Shown piece after piece: positions 29,133-37,736 of a stretch of 64,000 nucleotides of DNA (position 1 is its first letter; each line of letters opens with the position of its first letter). The translations under genes were made by a program, and so were the position numbers. The notes beneath the pieces are model-generated. The model did not search any database, was not told the DNA's origin, and saw only the letters and a program-made list of their open reading frames with translations. Source of the stretch: Candidatus Latescibacterota bacterium (GTDB taxonomy: Bacteria > Latescibacterota > UBA2968 > UBA8231); contig OZ242005.1 of the NCBI GenBank assembly GCA_965204725.1, positions 1,984,001 through 2,048,000 on the forward strand. Reading direction: 5' to 3'.

Positions 29133-30056
29133 CTACTCGGCTCGGTCTAACAGGCGTCCAAAGGCGTCAAGGCTGGGCACCTGTATGGCCGCCCGATGCA
29201 ACTGCTTGAGGCGCGGCACATCGGCGGTGGCCTCAATGCGAGCGACCAACGGATCCGACGCGGCCAACCCAAAGCGAACCTCTAGCACCTCAAGCAGACC
29301 TTCAGTGGCGAGTTCTCGGCCCCCTCGCTCAATGCCCTGCTCAATGCCTTGCTCGATGCCCTGCTTAATCCCCTGCTTAATCCCCTTTTCCGTGAAATAC
29401 TGCGCTACCGACGACTCGTACATGGTCTCCTCCTCGATGATGGTCATAATCGTCTCTAAGTTATACACCAACCCGCTCAACATCGCAAGATCGGCCAGAT
29501 AGTTCGCCTTGACGCCCTCGTCCATCGGCACCTGTTGCGCTCTATTCACACACTGGCGCAACCACCCCTCGGCATCGACGCCTGCGGGCGGCTGCATCAA
29601 CGGCGCAAACGGCAGCAGGCCCGAAGGTCCCGCGGTGAGGATGCGTTGACCGTCGATCTCAATCAGCCGAATGACCTTGTATTGCACCAAGACGCGGTAG
29701 CCGCGTCGTTCTTGGACGTAGTAGCCCGGGTCATTTCGGCCAGCGTCTGGGCGCAAATAGATGACGTTGGAATAGATCGGCCGGTTGTGCTGTTCAATGC
29801 CGCGTCCGATATAGCCGATCATGCGGCGCGGCATGGGCGGTTTGCTGTCGGTGGTTTGAAACTCGTGGTGGACCAGCACCTCCTCGCCGCCGACGTGGAC
29901 GCGAATGAGGCTATCGGTGCGGTGGGTTTCGGCGGTGGGCTGCTCGGTATCGACGACGCCGAGGATTTGGATGTCGTCTTGTTGGAGGGCGAAGCGGGCG
30001 AAGTCGGCGGGGTAGGTGTGGATGAGATGCTTGGCGATGGAATCGAATTCGGCCAT
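29133..30056 (-). CDS. Rpn-family nuclease, copy 3
   Basis: Near-identical to copies 1 and 2; 5 tetrapeptide repeats. Confidence 0.8.
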   Translation of the reverse strand: MAEFDSIAKHLIHTYPADFARFALQQDDIQILGVVDTEQPTAETHRTDSLIRVHVGGEEVLVHHEFQTTDSKPPMPRRMIGYIGRGIEQHNRPIYSNVIYLRPDAGRNDPGYYVQERRGYRVLVQYKVIRLIEIDGQRILTAGPSGLLPFAPLMQPPAGVDAEGWLRQCVNRAQQVPMDEGVKANYLADLAMLSGLVYNLETIMTIIEEETMYESSVAQYFTEKGIKQGIKQGIEQGIEQGIERGGRELATEGLLEVLEVRFGLAASDPLVARIEATADVPRLKQLHRAAIQVPSLDAFGRLLDRAE

Positions 30057-30102
30057 GAGCCTTGCCTTGGTTGCGGGTGAGAAGGGGTGGTATGTGCAAT
30101 AG

Positions 30103-30117
30103 GCAAGAATCGTGCCA
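30103..30117 (-). promoter_or_regulatory. sigma54 promoter of rpn copy 3
   Basis: TGGCACGATTCTTGC on the minus strand. Confidence 0.75.
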
Positions 30118-30347
30118 TGGCGGCGGCTCAGAGGGGAGACGGGGGATCGGCGGCGTGGGTGTGTAGCGAAAAGGGGACAGGCGTGGGGCAACATAAAAAC
30201 AAGGCCCCGGAGGGATTTACCAAAAAATACAGCATTCATACATTGGTTTATGTTGAACAACATCACAAGAAATGGCACCGTCAATGGAAACGGGAACTCA
30301 TAGCGCGGCAGATTTTGCATATAAGGCGTCATTTGTATGTTGCGTAT

Positions 30348-30530
30348 TCCTTTCAGCTAGGCCACTCTGAAAGGGCCGCGTGCGGGGCGCGTCGTCCGTC
30401 ATTGGGTGCGCCGGCACGTCCGTGCCGGCGGCACCGTGCGGGAGTAAGACACCCCTCACGCTGAGTTGTCGCTCCGAACCGATACAAGGGCACAAGGCCC
30501 GTATTACAAGTGGGGAGGACAGCACCAGTA
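30348..30530 (+). ncRNA. putative bridge RNA in the IS110 left end
   Basis: 5' hairpin CCTTTCAG..CTGAAAGG; target loop with CGTCATT (30397-30403) and GCGGGA (30438-30443); donor loop with ACCGATAC (30478-30485) and TACAAGT (30505-30511); boundaries approximate. Confidence 0.75.
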
Positions 30531-30556
30531 TCCATTATAACCAGGAGGCTATTCGC

Positions 30557-31510
30557 ATGAAAGTTATGGCCGGTATAGACGTAGGAAAGAGGAGCTTGGA
30601 CGTGTCGGTAGCGGCTGGTCCGGCGCGTCGATTTGACAACACGCCTGCGGGGCGTACGGCCTTGGTGGAGTGGTTGGAACGTCAGGGGGCGACCGAGGTG
30701 GTGTGCGAACCGACCGGGGGCTATGAGCGGCCTCTGGTGCGTCGGGTGCAGGCCACGGGATGGCCGATCCACCTAGTGCATCCCAACCGTGTGCGCCACT
30801 TTGCCCGGGCGGCGGGCAACCACGCCAAGACCGACGCGCTGGACGCACAGATGCTGGCGCGGTATGGGATGGCCTTCGAGTTGCCGCGTCCGCTGGCCAA
30901 AGAAGCCGACCGAGAGGTGGTACAGGACCTGCTGCGTCGGCGCAAGCAGTTAGTCAACCAGCGCGTACAGGAGCGTCATCGGCTGGACCAAGGGCAAACC
31001 GAAGGGGCGCGCATCTCTATCGAGCGGCACCTCCAATGGCTCGACGAAGAGATTAGCCAGCTCGACGAAGCCTACCAGCAGGCGTTGGCACACAGCGTCT
31101 CATTGGCCGAGGCCGCCGCCCTCTACCGCAGTGTACCGGGCGTGGGTGCGTTGACTGCGGCGACGCTAGTGGGGTATCTGCCGGAGTTAGGGCACTACAG
31201 CGGCAAGGAGGTGACCTCGTTGGTCGGGCTGGCTCCGTGGGCCAACGACAGCGGCCGACAGCAGGGGTATCGCTCGATCCGGGGCGGACGAGGCACCGTG
31301 CGGAAGGTGTTGTACTTGGCGGCCTTGGCCGCCATCCGCTGCAATGACGACCTCAAGCGGTTCTATCAACGACTGTGTACCCGGGGCAAGACCGGCAAGG
31401 TGGCCTTGGTCGCGGTAATGCGGAAGCTCCTGCTGGTGCTCAACGCTATTGCCCAGCGAGGCTCCCCGTGGGTCCAACACCCCACCCCAGCAGGCCACAA
31501 AAAGGCTTGA
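30557..31510 (+). CDS. IS110-family DEDD transposase/recombinase
   Basis: GIDVGK, CEPTG, KTDALD, SVPGVG, GLAPWANDSG, ALVAVMRKL; SD AGGAGG. Confidence 0.93.
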   Translation: MKVMAGIDVGKRSLDVSVAAGPARRFDNTPAGRTALVEWLERQGATEVVCEPTGGYERPLVRRVQATGWPIHLVHPNRVRHFARAAGNHAKTDALDAQMLARYGMAFELPRPLAKEADREVVQDLLRRRKQLVNQRVQERHRLDQGQTEGARISIERHLQWLDEEISQLDEAYQQALAHSVSLAEAAALYRSVPGVGALTAATLVGYLPELGHYSGKEVTSLVGLAPWANDSGRQQGYRSIRGGRGTVRKVLYLAALAAIRCNDDLKRFYQRLCTRGKTGKVALVAVMRKLLLVLNAIAQRGSPWVQHPTPAGHKKA

Positions 31511-31527
31511 CCCGCAACACAGATACT

Positions 31528-31640
31528 CCCGCGCAAGCGGGAATCCAGTGTTCTTTCAGGGGAGGACGCTTTTATGGATTCCCGCGTTCGCGGGAATGAC
31601 GAAAAATAACGGACATGACGAAAAATAACGGACGAAAAAA
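31528..31640. repeat. remainder of the target REP, its inverted partner and a 19-bp tandem repeat
   Basis: CCCGCGCAAGCGGGAATCCAG ... TGGATTCCCGCGTTCGCGGGAATGACG; ATGACGAAAAATAACGGAC x2 at 31596-31633. Confidence 0.75.
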
Positions 31641-31669
31641 TGCGAATCGACGCGGCTGTTGACAGATGA

Positions 31670-33646
31670 ATGCTAATGCCTGAGTTGATGCGCTCCGTCA
31701 TCGAATGGCTCGCCCGGTTCTGGCGCGACCGCTTCCCCCTGCTCATCGTCCTTATCGCCGGGCTGGGCACCGCCCACATCCTCGTCCGCACCGCCACTTA
31801 CGGCGCGGCCGTCAGCCACGAATCCACAATCCACCTTTCTACGGCCCTGAACTTCCTCGCGGGCGAGGGCTGGCGGTATTTCACGGGCAGCCCGATGATA
31901 GGATGGCCGCCCTTGTTCCCCCTGCTGCTCGCGGTCGGCGGTTGGGTCGGCATCGAGCCGCTAGAGGCGGGTCGGTGGGTCAACGCCATGGCCTTTGGGC
32001 TGACCATCCTCGCCGCGGGGCTCTGGCTACACTCAAATCTCCGGTCGCGGCTGCTAACGCTGGCCGCCACCGCAATCATCGCGGCCTCCCTGCCCTTGAG
32101 CGATTGGGCACCCCACATCAAGACCGACACCCTCTTCTTCCTATTCCCGCTCCTCGCCTTGGTCCAACTGGCGTCCTTCCTCAGCCGCAGGACGACCGCG
32201 TCCCTGCTGTGGGCAGCGGTTTTCACCGCGCTGGCCGCCCTGACCCGCTGGCCGGGCGTGGCCCTAATCGGCACCGGCGTCCTGCTGCTTCTGCCCCTCG
32301 CCCGGTGGAAGCAGACCCTCGTCTTTGGTGCGATCTCGTCTGTGCCCTTGCTGGCGGTATTGGCGCGGAATTGGGCGGCCACCGGGCACCTGACCCGGGT
32401 AACAGGGCATAGAACAGCGCCTTCGGGGCAGTCCCTATCCGCTGGGCTAAGCCAGACCGTCGAGGTATTCCGCGAGTGGATCGTCCCCCCCAACGCGCCG
32501 GATGGGGTTGCGTATCTGCTGTGGCTGGCGGTCGCAACGGTCGTCCTCGCCAGCGTCGCGGTCCTCCTGCGCGCCGCCCGAATGCACCGCGACAACCCAA
32601 AGGCCGCGCCGGCGTATTTCCGCTTGCAGCCGGCGCTCCCATTCGGGGGATTCGCCGTGGCTTACCTCGTATTCATGGTCGTAGTTGTGCCCCTCACGGT
32701 TACTCAGGGCATCGACAGCCGCTACCTCCTGCCGATGTACGTGCCGCTGCTGTTGACGGCCGCGTTCTTGCTGGATCGGTTCCTGTCCATGGAGTCTGCG
32801 GGCTGGATGAAGGCCGCCCGCTACGGGCTGGCGTCCCTCGTCGTGCTGGCCTCCCTCGCCCACGTCCGCTTCTCAGCAGAAAAAAACCTCATTCTTACCG
32901 CCCAAGCATGGCGAGCCGGATACGAACAAGACTGGACGTACAATATCGCCGCTTGGCAACAATCCGAGACCCTGAATTACTTGCGGGACAATCATATAGA
33001 GGGCAGAATTTACAGCAACAACAGAGCGCTTGGTTGGTTTGCCAATAGGTCCGCCCCGGGCAAGCACCGCGGCATTCCGCGCAAGAAGCAGTGGGCCGAG
33101 ATGGAGGCCGGGGCGCACCTCGTTTGGTTTGATAAGTTTTATAACCGAGCTTTTATCGGCCACGACGACACAGACCTCCGCGTCCTGCCCAGCGTGGAAA
33201 TCGTGGCCGAACTGGCCGATGGCGTGGTGTTCCGCCGCACGGCCGCCGAACCCTTCGACGCAGAGAGGCACCGCGCCCGGAGACAACGCTATGTGGAACA
33301 ACTCATCCAACAGGCCGACGAGCAGGTGATCCGCGCTGGCTGGGGCGTGTATCGCACGGGACGTACGCTGATCTACCGCAAAGAGCCGTGCGCTCCGGCG
33401 GACGTGCAGGCAAAGTTCGTCTTGCACGTCGTCCCGGCCGATCGGGCCGACCTGCCAATCCACCGCAAACGGCACGGCTCTGAAAATTTCGACTTCTATT
33501 TCTACTGGCGCGGCGAGCGAGTTGACGACCAGTGCATCGCAATCATCCGACTCCCGGCCTACGCCATCGGCCGCATCCATGTCGGCCAGTGGATCTCCGC
33601 CGAGGACCGCACCGTCTGGGAAGCGGAGTTGCCGCCGCGCCGATGA
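31670..33646 (+). CDS. GT-C glycosyltransferase paralogue 9 (1 module)
   Basis: Same motifs; loop 1 reads HES (Glu). Confidence 0.8.
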   Translation: MLMPELMRSVIEWLARFWRDRFPLLIVLIAGLGTAHILVRTATYGAAVSHESTIHLSTALNFLAGEGWRYFTGSPMIGWPPLFPLLLAVGGWVGIEPLEAGRWVNAMAFGLTILAAGLWLHSNLRSRLLTLAATAIIAASLPLSDWAPHIKTDTLFFLFPLLALVQLASFLSRRTTASLLWAAVFTALAALTRWPGVALIGTGVLLLLPLARWKQTLVFGAISSVPLLAVLARNWAATGHLTRVTGHRTAPSGQSLSAGLSQTVEVFREWIVPPNAPDGVAYLLWLAVATVVLASVAVLLRAARMHRDNPKAAPAYFRLQPALPFGGFAVAYLVFMVVVVPLTVTQGIDSRYLLPMYVPLLLTAAFLLDRFLSMESAGWMKAARYGLASLVVLASLAHVRFSAEKNLILTAQAWRAGYEQDWTYNIAAWQQSETLNYLRDNHIEGRIYSNNRALGWFANRSAPGKHRGIPRKKQWAEMEAGAHLVWFDKFYNRAFIGHDDTDLRVLPSVEIVAELADGVVFRRTAAEPFDAERHRARRQRYVEQLIQQADEQVIRAGWGVYRTGRTLIYRKEPCAPADVQAKFVLHVVPADRADLPIHRKRHGSENFDFYFYWRGERVDDQCIAIIRLPAYAIGRIHVGQWISAEDRTVWEAELPPRR

Positions 33647-35697
33647 TACCGGACGCCCCACATTACCGCCGCGATCCCTTCACCCTGCTCATCGCTTGCA
33701 TCGCCGGGCTGGGCACCGCGCACATCCTCGTCCGCACCGCCACCTACGGCGCGGTCGTCACCACGGACTCTATAATTTTCCTTTCTACGGCCCTGAATTT
33801 TCTCGCCGGAGAGGGCTGGCGGGATTTCACGGGCGGCTTGACGGTACGATGGCCGCCCTTGTTCCCCCTGCTGCTAGCGGTCGGCGGTTGGGTCGGCATC
33901 GAGCCGCTGGAAGCGGGGCGGTGGATCAACGCCATGGCCTTCGGGCTGACCATCCTCGTTGCGGGGTGCTGGCTGCGCTCGCATCTCCGGTCGCAGTGGC
34001 TGGCGCTGGTCGCCACCGCAATCCTCGCGGCCTCCCGGCCCTTGAGCGAGATCGCGTCCCATCTCCTGACCGACTCCCTCTTCGTCCTGTTTACGCTCCT
34101 CGCCTTGATGCAGTTGGCGGCCTTCCTCCAACGCGGCGAGAGGACGTCTCTGTGGTGGGCGGCGGTATTCACCGCGCTGGCCGTGCTGACCCGCTATCCG
34201 GGCGTGGTGCTAATCGGTGCCGGCATCCTCATGCTGCTGGTGCGGCGCACCCCACCGCTGGCCGCCCGGTTGAAAGACACCGTCGTATTTGGGGCCATCT
34301 CATCCATCCCCCTCGCCGGGGTGCTGACTCGTAACTGGATCCTCTCCGATACCCTAACCGGGGGGAGAAGCGGGTCGGGGCAGTCCCTGTTCGATTCGCT
34401 GAGCCAAGTGGTGGATGTATTCCGGGAGTGGGTGATTCCCCGGGACGCGGTGGAATGGTTTGCTTATCTCCTGCGGAGGGCGACCAGGCTGAGCACGTCG
34501 GACTGGTTCGGTTCTCTCCTGTGGGCGACGACCGGGCTGGTTGTTGTGGCGATGGTGGCGGTGGTCGTTCTGTCGGGTCGCGGCAAGTCGCCATCCTTCG
34601 GGTTGGGGCCGGTGCTCCCATTTGGGGTGTTCGCCGCGCTCTACCTCGTATTCATGGTCGCCGTCGTGCCGCTCGTGATCCCCGTTGATCTCCCCACTCG
34701 TTACCTGCTGCCGGTGTACGTGCCGTTGCTGTTGGCGGCGGTGTTACTGCTGGACTGGTTCCTGTGCATCGAGGGTGCGGGCCGGGTGGGCGCGGCCAAG
34801 TGGGGTCTGGCGTCCCTCGTCTTGCTGGGCGTCTTCGCCCACACCGGCTTCTCAGCGCACCGGAACCTCCGTCTCACCGCCAAAACGCTGGAACCCGGCT
34901 ACCTAGAGGACGGGGCGTACAACACCGCCGCTTGGCAACAGTCCGAGACCCTGAACTACATCCGGGACAACCGCATTGAGGGCATGACGTACAGCAACAA
35001 CCCGTTCCTCGTCTGGTTTGTGAATAGACCCGTCACCGTGAATGAACGTAGTAAACATGGGGCTCTTCCTTTTAAGATACGGGATTGGACTCAGGATCCG
35101 ATCTCTGAATCGGACGCGGCGAGTGACGTACCGATCTACCCTATCATCTGGATCAAAGACGACCGCATCATCTGGATCAAAGACGACTATCGCTCGGTTT
35201 ATTACGACTACAACGACCTTGACATCCGCTTGCTGCCCAACGTGGAGGTGGTGACCGAGTTGTCCGACAGCGTGGTATTCCGCCTAACGACCGCGCCCGA
35301 ACCGTTCGATGAGGACCGGCATCGCGCCCGCAAACAGCACTACGTGCAGCAACTCATCGCACAGGCCGACGAGCAAGTGGTCCGCGCTGGCTGGGGCGTA
35401 CATCGCACCGGACGCAAGCTGATCTACTTCAAAGAGCCGTGCGCCCCAGCGGACGTGCAGGCAAAGTTCGTCTTGCACGTCGTCCCCACCGACCCAGTGA
35501 ACCTGTCAGCCGACCGCAAACGGTACGGCTCTGAAAATCTCGGCTTTTATTTTAACGAGCGCGGCGAGTGGCTCGACGACCAGTGCATCGCAATCATCCA
35601 CCTCCCCACCTACGCCATCGACCGCATCCATGTCGGCCAGTGGATCTCCGCCGAGAACCGCACCGTCTGGGAAGCGGAGTTGCCGGCCGACCGATGA
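33643..35697 (+). CDS. GT-C glycosyltransferase paralogue 10 (1 module)
   Basis: Same motifs; ATGA overlap with the upstream stop. Confidence 0.8.
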   Translation: MIPDAPHYRRDPFTLLIACIAGLGTAHILVRTATYGAVVTTDSIIFLSTALNFLAGEGWRDFTGGLTVRWPPLFPLLLAVGGWVGIEPLEAGRWINAMAFGLTILVAGCWLRSHLRSQWLALVATAILAASRPLSEIASHLLTDSLFVLFTLLALMQLAAFLQRGERTSLWWAAVFTALAVLTRYPGVVLIGAGILMLLVRRTPPLAARLKDTVVFGAISSIPLAGVLTRNWILSDTLTGGRSGSGQSLFDSLSQVVDVFREWVIPRDAVEWFAYLLRRATRLSTSDWFGSLLWATTGLVVVAMVAVVVLSGRGKSPSFGLGPVLPFGVFAALYLVFMVAVVPLVIPVDLPTRYLLPVYVPLLLAAVLLLDWFLCIEGAGRVGAAKWGLASLVLLGVFAHTGFSAHRNLRLTAKTLEPGYLEDGAYNTAAWQQSETLNYIRDNRIEGMTYSNNPFLVWFVNRPVTVNERSKHGALPFKIRDWTQDPISESDAASDVPIYPIIWIKDDRIIWIKDDYRSVYYDYNDLDIRLLPNVEVVTELSDSVVFRLTTAPEPFDEDRHRARKQHYVQQLIAQADEQVVRAGWGVHRTGRKLIYFKEPCAPADVQAKFVLHVVPTDPVNLSADRKRYGSENLGFYFNERGEWLDDQCIAIIHLPTYAIDRIHVGQWISAENRTVWEAELPADR

Positions 35698-37736
35698 TAC
35701 CGGACACCCGATATGGCTGCCACGCCGCCGCCCGGTTCTGGCGCGACCCCTGTGCGCTGCTCATCGTCTGTATCGCTGGGCTGGGCACCGCCCACATCCT
35801 CGTCCGCACCGCCACCGACGGCGCGGCCATCGACGCGGACTCCACCCTCCACCTTTCTACGGCCCTGAACGTCCTCGCGGGCGAAGGCTGGCGGGATTTC
35901 ACGGGCTTGGTGGTAGTCGGGTGGCCGCCCCTGTTTCCCTTGCTGCTAGCGGCCCTCGGTTGGGTCGGCATCGATCCGCTGGAAGCGGGTCGGCTGGTCA
36001 ATGCCACCGCCTTCGGATTGACCCTCTTGGCGGCTGGCCTGTACCTACACTCGAATCTCCGGTCGCGGGGGCTGGCCCTAGCCGCCAGCCTAGCCATCTT
36101 GGCCGCCCTGCCCTTGAGCGATTTCGCGGCGCGCTTCTTGACCGAGCCGCTCTTCGTCCTATTCACGCTCCTCGCCTTGCTCCAGTTGGCGACCTTCCTC
36201 AATCGCAAGACGGACGCGCCCCTGTTGTGGGCGGCGGCTTTCACCGCGCTGGCTGCCCTGACCCGCTATGCGGGCGTAGCCCTAATCGGCACTGGCGTCC
36301 TCGTGCTACTACCCCTCGCCCGGCTAAGGCACACTCTCGTCTTTGGCGCGATCGCGTCCCTGCCCTTGCTGGCGGTATTGGCGCACAATTGGACGGTCTA
36401 TGGACCAGAAGGGGGCTATGACCCATTTTGGGAAAATGACTTGGCGGCTTCTGGGACCCTGACAGAGGTAGAAGTAAGGAGGGGCTCGGGGCAGTCTCTC
36501 TCCGCTGGGCTGAGCCAGACCGTCGAGGTGTTCCGGGCGTGGGTCGTCCCCCCCAACACGCCGGATGGGATCGCGTATCTGCTGTGGCTGGCGGTCGGGT
36601 TAGTCGTTCTCGCCGGCGTCGCGGTCGTCCTGCGCGCCACCCGCATGCGAAGTACCAGCCCCGGGCATGACCCCGAGGCCACGTCGCCATCCTTTGGATT
36701 GGGGCCGGTGCTCCCTTTCGGAGTGTTCGCCTTGATTTACCACCTCGTTATGCTCGTCGCCGTGCCCTTTACGGTTGGTTATGGCATTGACAGCCGCTAC
36801 TTGCTGCCGGTGTATGTGCCGTTGCTGTTGGCGGCGGTGTTGCTGCTGGATCGGTTCCTGTCCATTGAGGCTACGGGCTGGATGGCCGCGGCCCAGTACG
36901 GGCTGGGGTCCCTCGTCCTAGTGGGCACTCTCGCCCACGTCGGCTACTCAACGGACAGAAACCTCAGTCTTACCACCCACGCTTATGGCACCGGGTTTGA
37001 AGCCTGGACGTACAATGGCACCTACTGGGAATCTTCCGAGATCCTGCATTACATCCGGGACCACCATATCGAGGGCCGGATGTACAGCAACAACTGCTAC
37101 CTTGCTTGGTTTTGGGACCGGACCGCGGCCCCGGGAAAGCACCAGCGTCTCCCAGCCGAGATTCACGGTTTGACGTCGGCCATATTGCGGTGGGCCGATA
37201 ACGACAGTGTGCATATCCTATGGCTCCGGGATGAAAAGCCTTTTTACGACTACGACGACCTCGACATCCGGGTCCTGCCCGGGGTGGAACCCGTGGCCGA
37301 ACGGGCCGATGGCGTGGTATTCCGCGTAACGGCGGCCGAGCCGTTCGATGCAAAAAGACATCGCGCCCGCAAACAACGCTACGTGCAGGGCCTCCTTGAA
37401 CAGGCCGACGAGCAGGTGGCTCGCGCTGGCTGGAGCGTGTACCGCACCGGACGCAAGCTGATCTACCGCAAAGAGCCATGCGCTCCCGCCGACGTGCAGG
37501 CGAAGCTCGTTTTGCACGTCATCCCCACCGACCCGGGCGTCCTTTCCATCGCCCGCCAGCAGCACGGCTATGACAGCCTCGGCTTCTACTTTGACCAGTT
37601 CGGCTTCCGGCTCGACGACCAATGTATCGCGATCGCCCAACTCCCCACCTACGCCATCAGCCGCATCCGAGTCGGCCAGTGGATCTCCGCCGAGAACCGC
37701 ACCGTCTGGGAAGCGGAGCTGCCGACCGACCGATGA
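35694..37736 (+). CDS. GT-C glycosyltransferase paralogue 11 (1 module)
   Basis: Same motifs; ATGA overlap. Confidence 0.8.
   Translation: MIPDTRYGCHAAARFWRDPCALLIVCIAGLGTAHILVRTATDGAAIDADSTLHLSTALNVLAGEGWRDFTGLVVVGWPPLFPLLLAALGWVGIDPLEAGRLVNATAFGLTLLAAGLYLHSNLRSRGLALAASLAILAALPLSDFAARFLTEPLFVLFTLLALLQLATFLNRKTDAPLLWAAAFTALAALTRYAGVALIGTGVLVLLPLARLRHTLVFGAIASLPLLAVLAHNWTVYGPEGGYDPFWENDLAASGTLTEVEVRRGSGQSLSAGLSQTVEVFRAWVVPPNTPDGIAYLLWLAVGLVVLAGVAVVLRATRMRSTSPGHDPEATSPSFGLGPVLPFGVFALIYHLVMLVAVPFTVGYGIDSRYLLPVYVPLLLAAVLLLDRFLSIEATGWMAAAQYGLGSLVLVGTLAHVGYSTDRNLSLTTHAYGTGFEAWTYNGTYWESSEILHYIRDHHIEGRMYSNNCYLAWFWDRTAAPGKHQRLPAEIHGLTSAILRWADNDSVHILWLRDEKPFYDYDDLDIRVLPGVEPVAERADGVVFRVTAAEPFDAKRHRARKQRYVQGLLEQADEQVARAGWSVYRTGRKLIYRKEPCAPADVQAKLVLHVIPTDPGVLSIARQQHGYDSLGFYFDQFGFRLDDQCIAIAQLPTYAISRIRVGQWISAENRTVWEAELPTDR

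Larger units (their letters stand above)
30334..31527 (+). mobile_element. IS110-family (IS621-like) element inserted in a REP
   Basis: Removing 30334-31527 restores GGCGTCATT|CCCGCGCAAGCGGGAATCCAG; no TIR or TSD; the ends join to give ACAGATA-CT-TGTAT. Confidence 0.85.

Noticed and set aside
17479-30056. rpn genes as bona fide insertion sequences
   Set aside because: No terminal inverted repeats or target duplications found; shared flanks fit segmental duplication
8259-37736. Array as a pure assembly artefact
   Set aside because: Each copy has many unique substitutions and indels and mostly intact frames; local chimerism still cannot be excluded without reads
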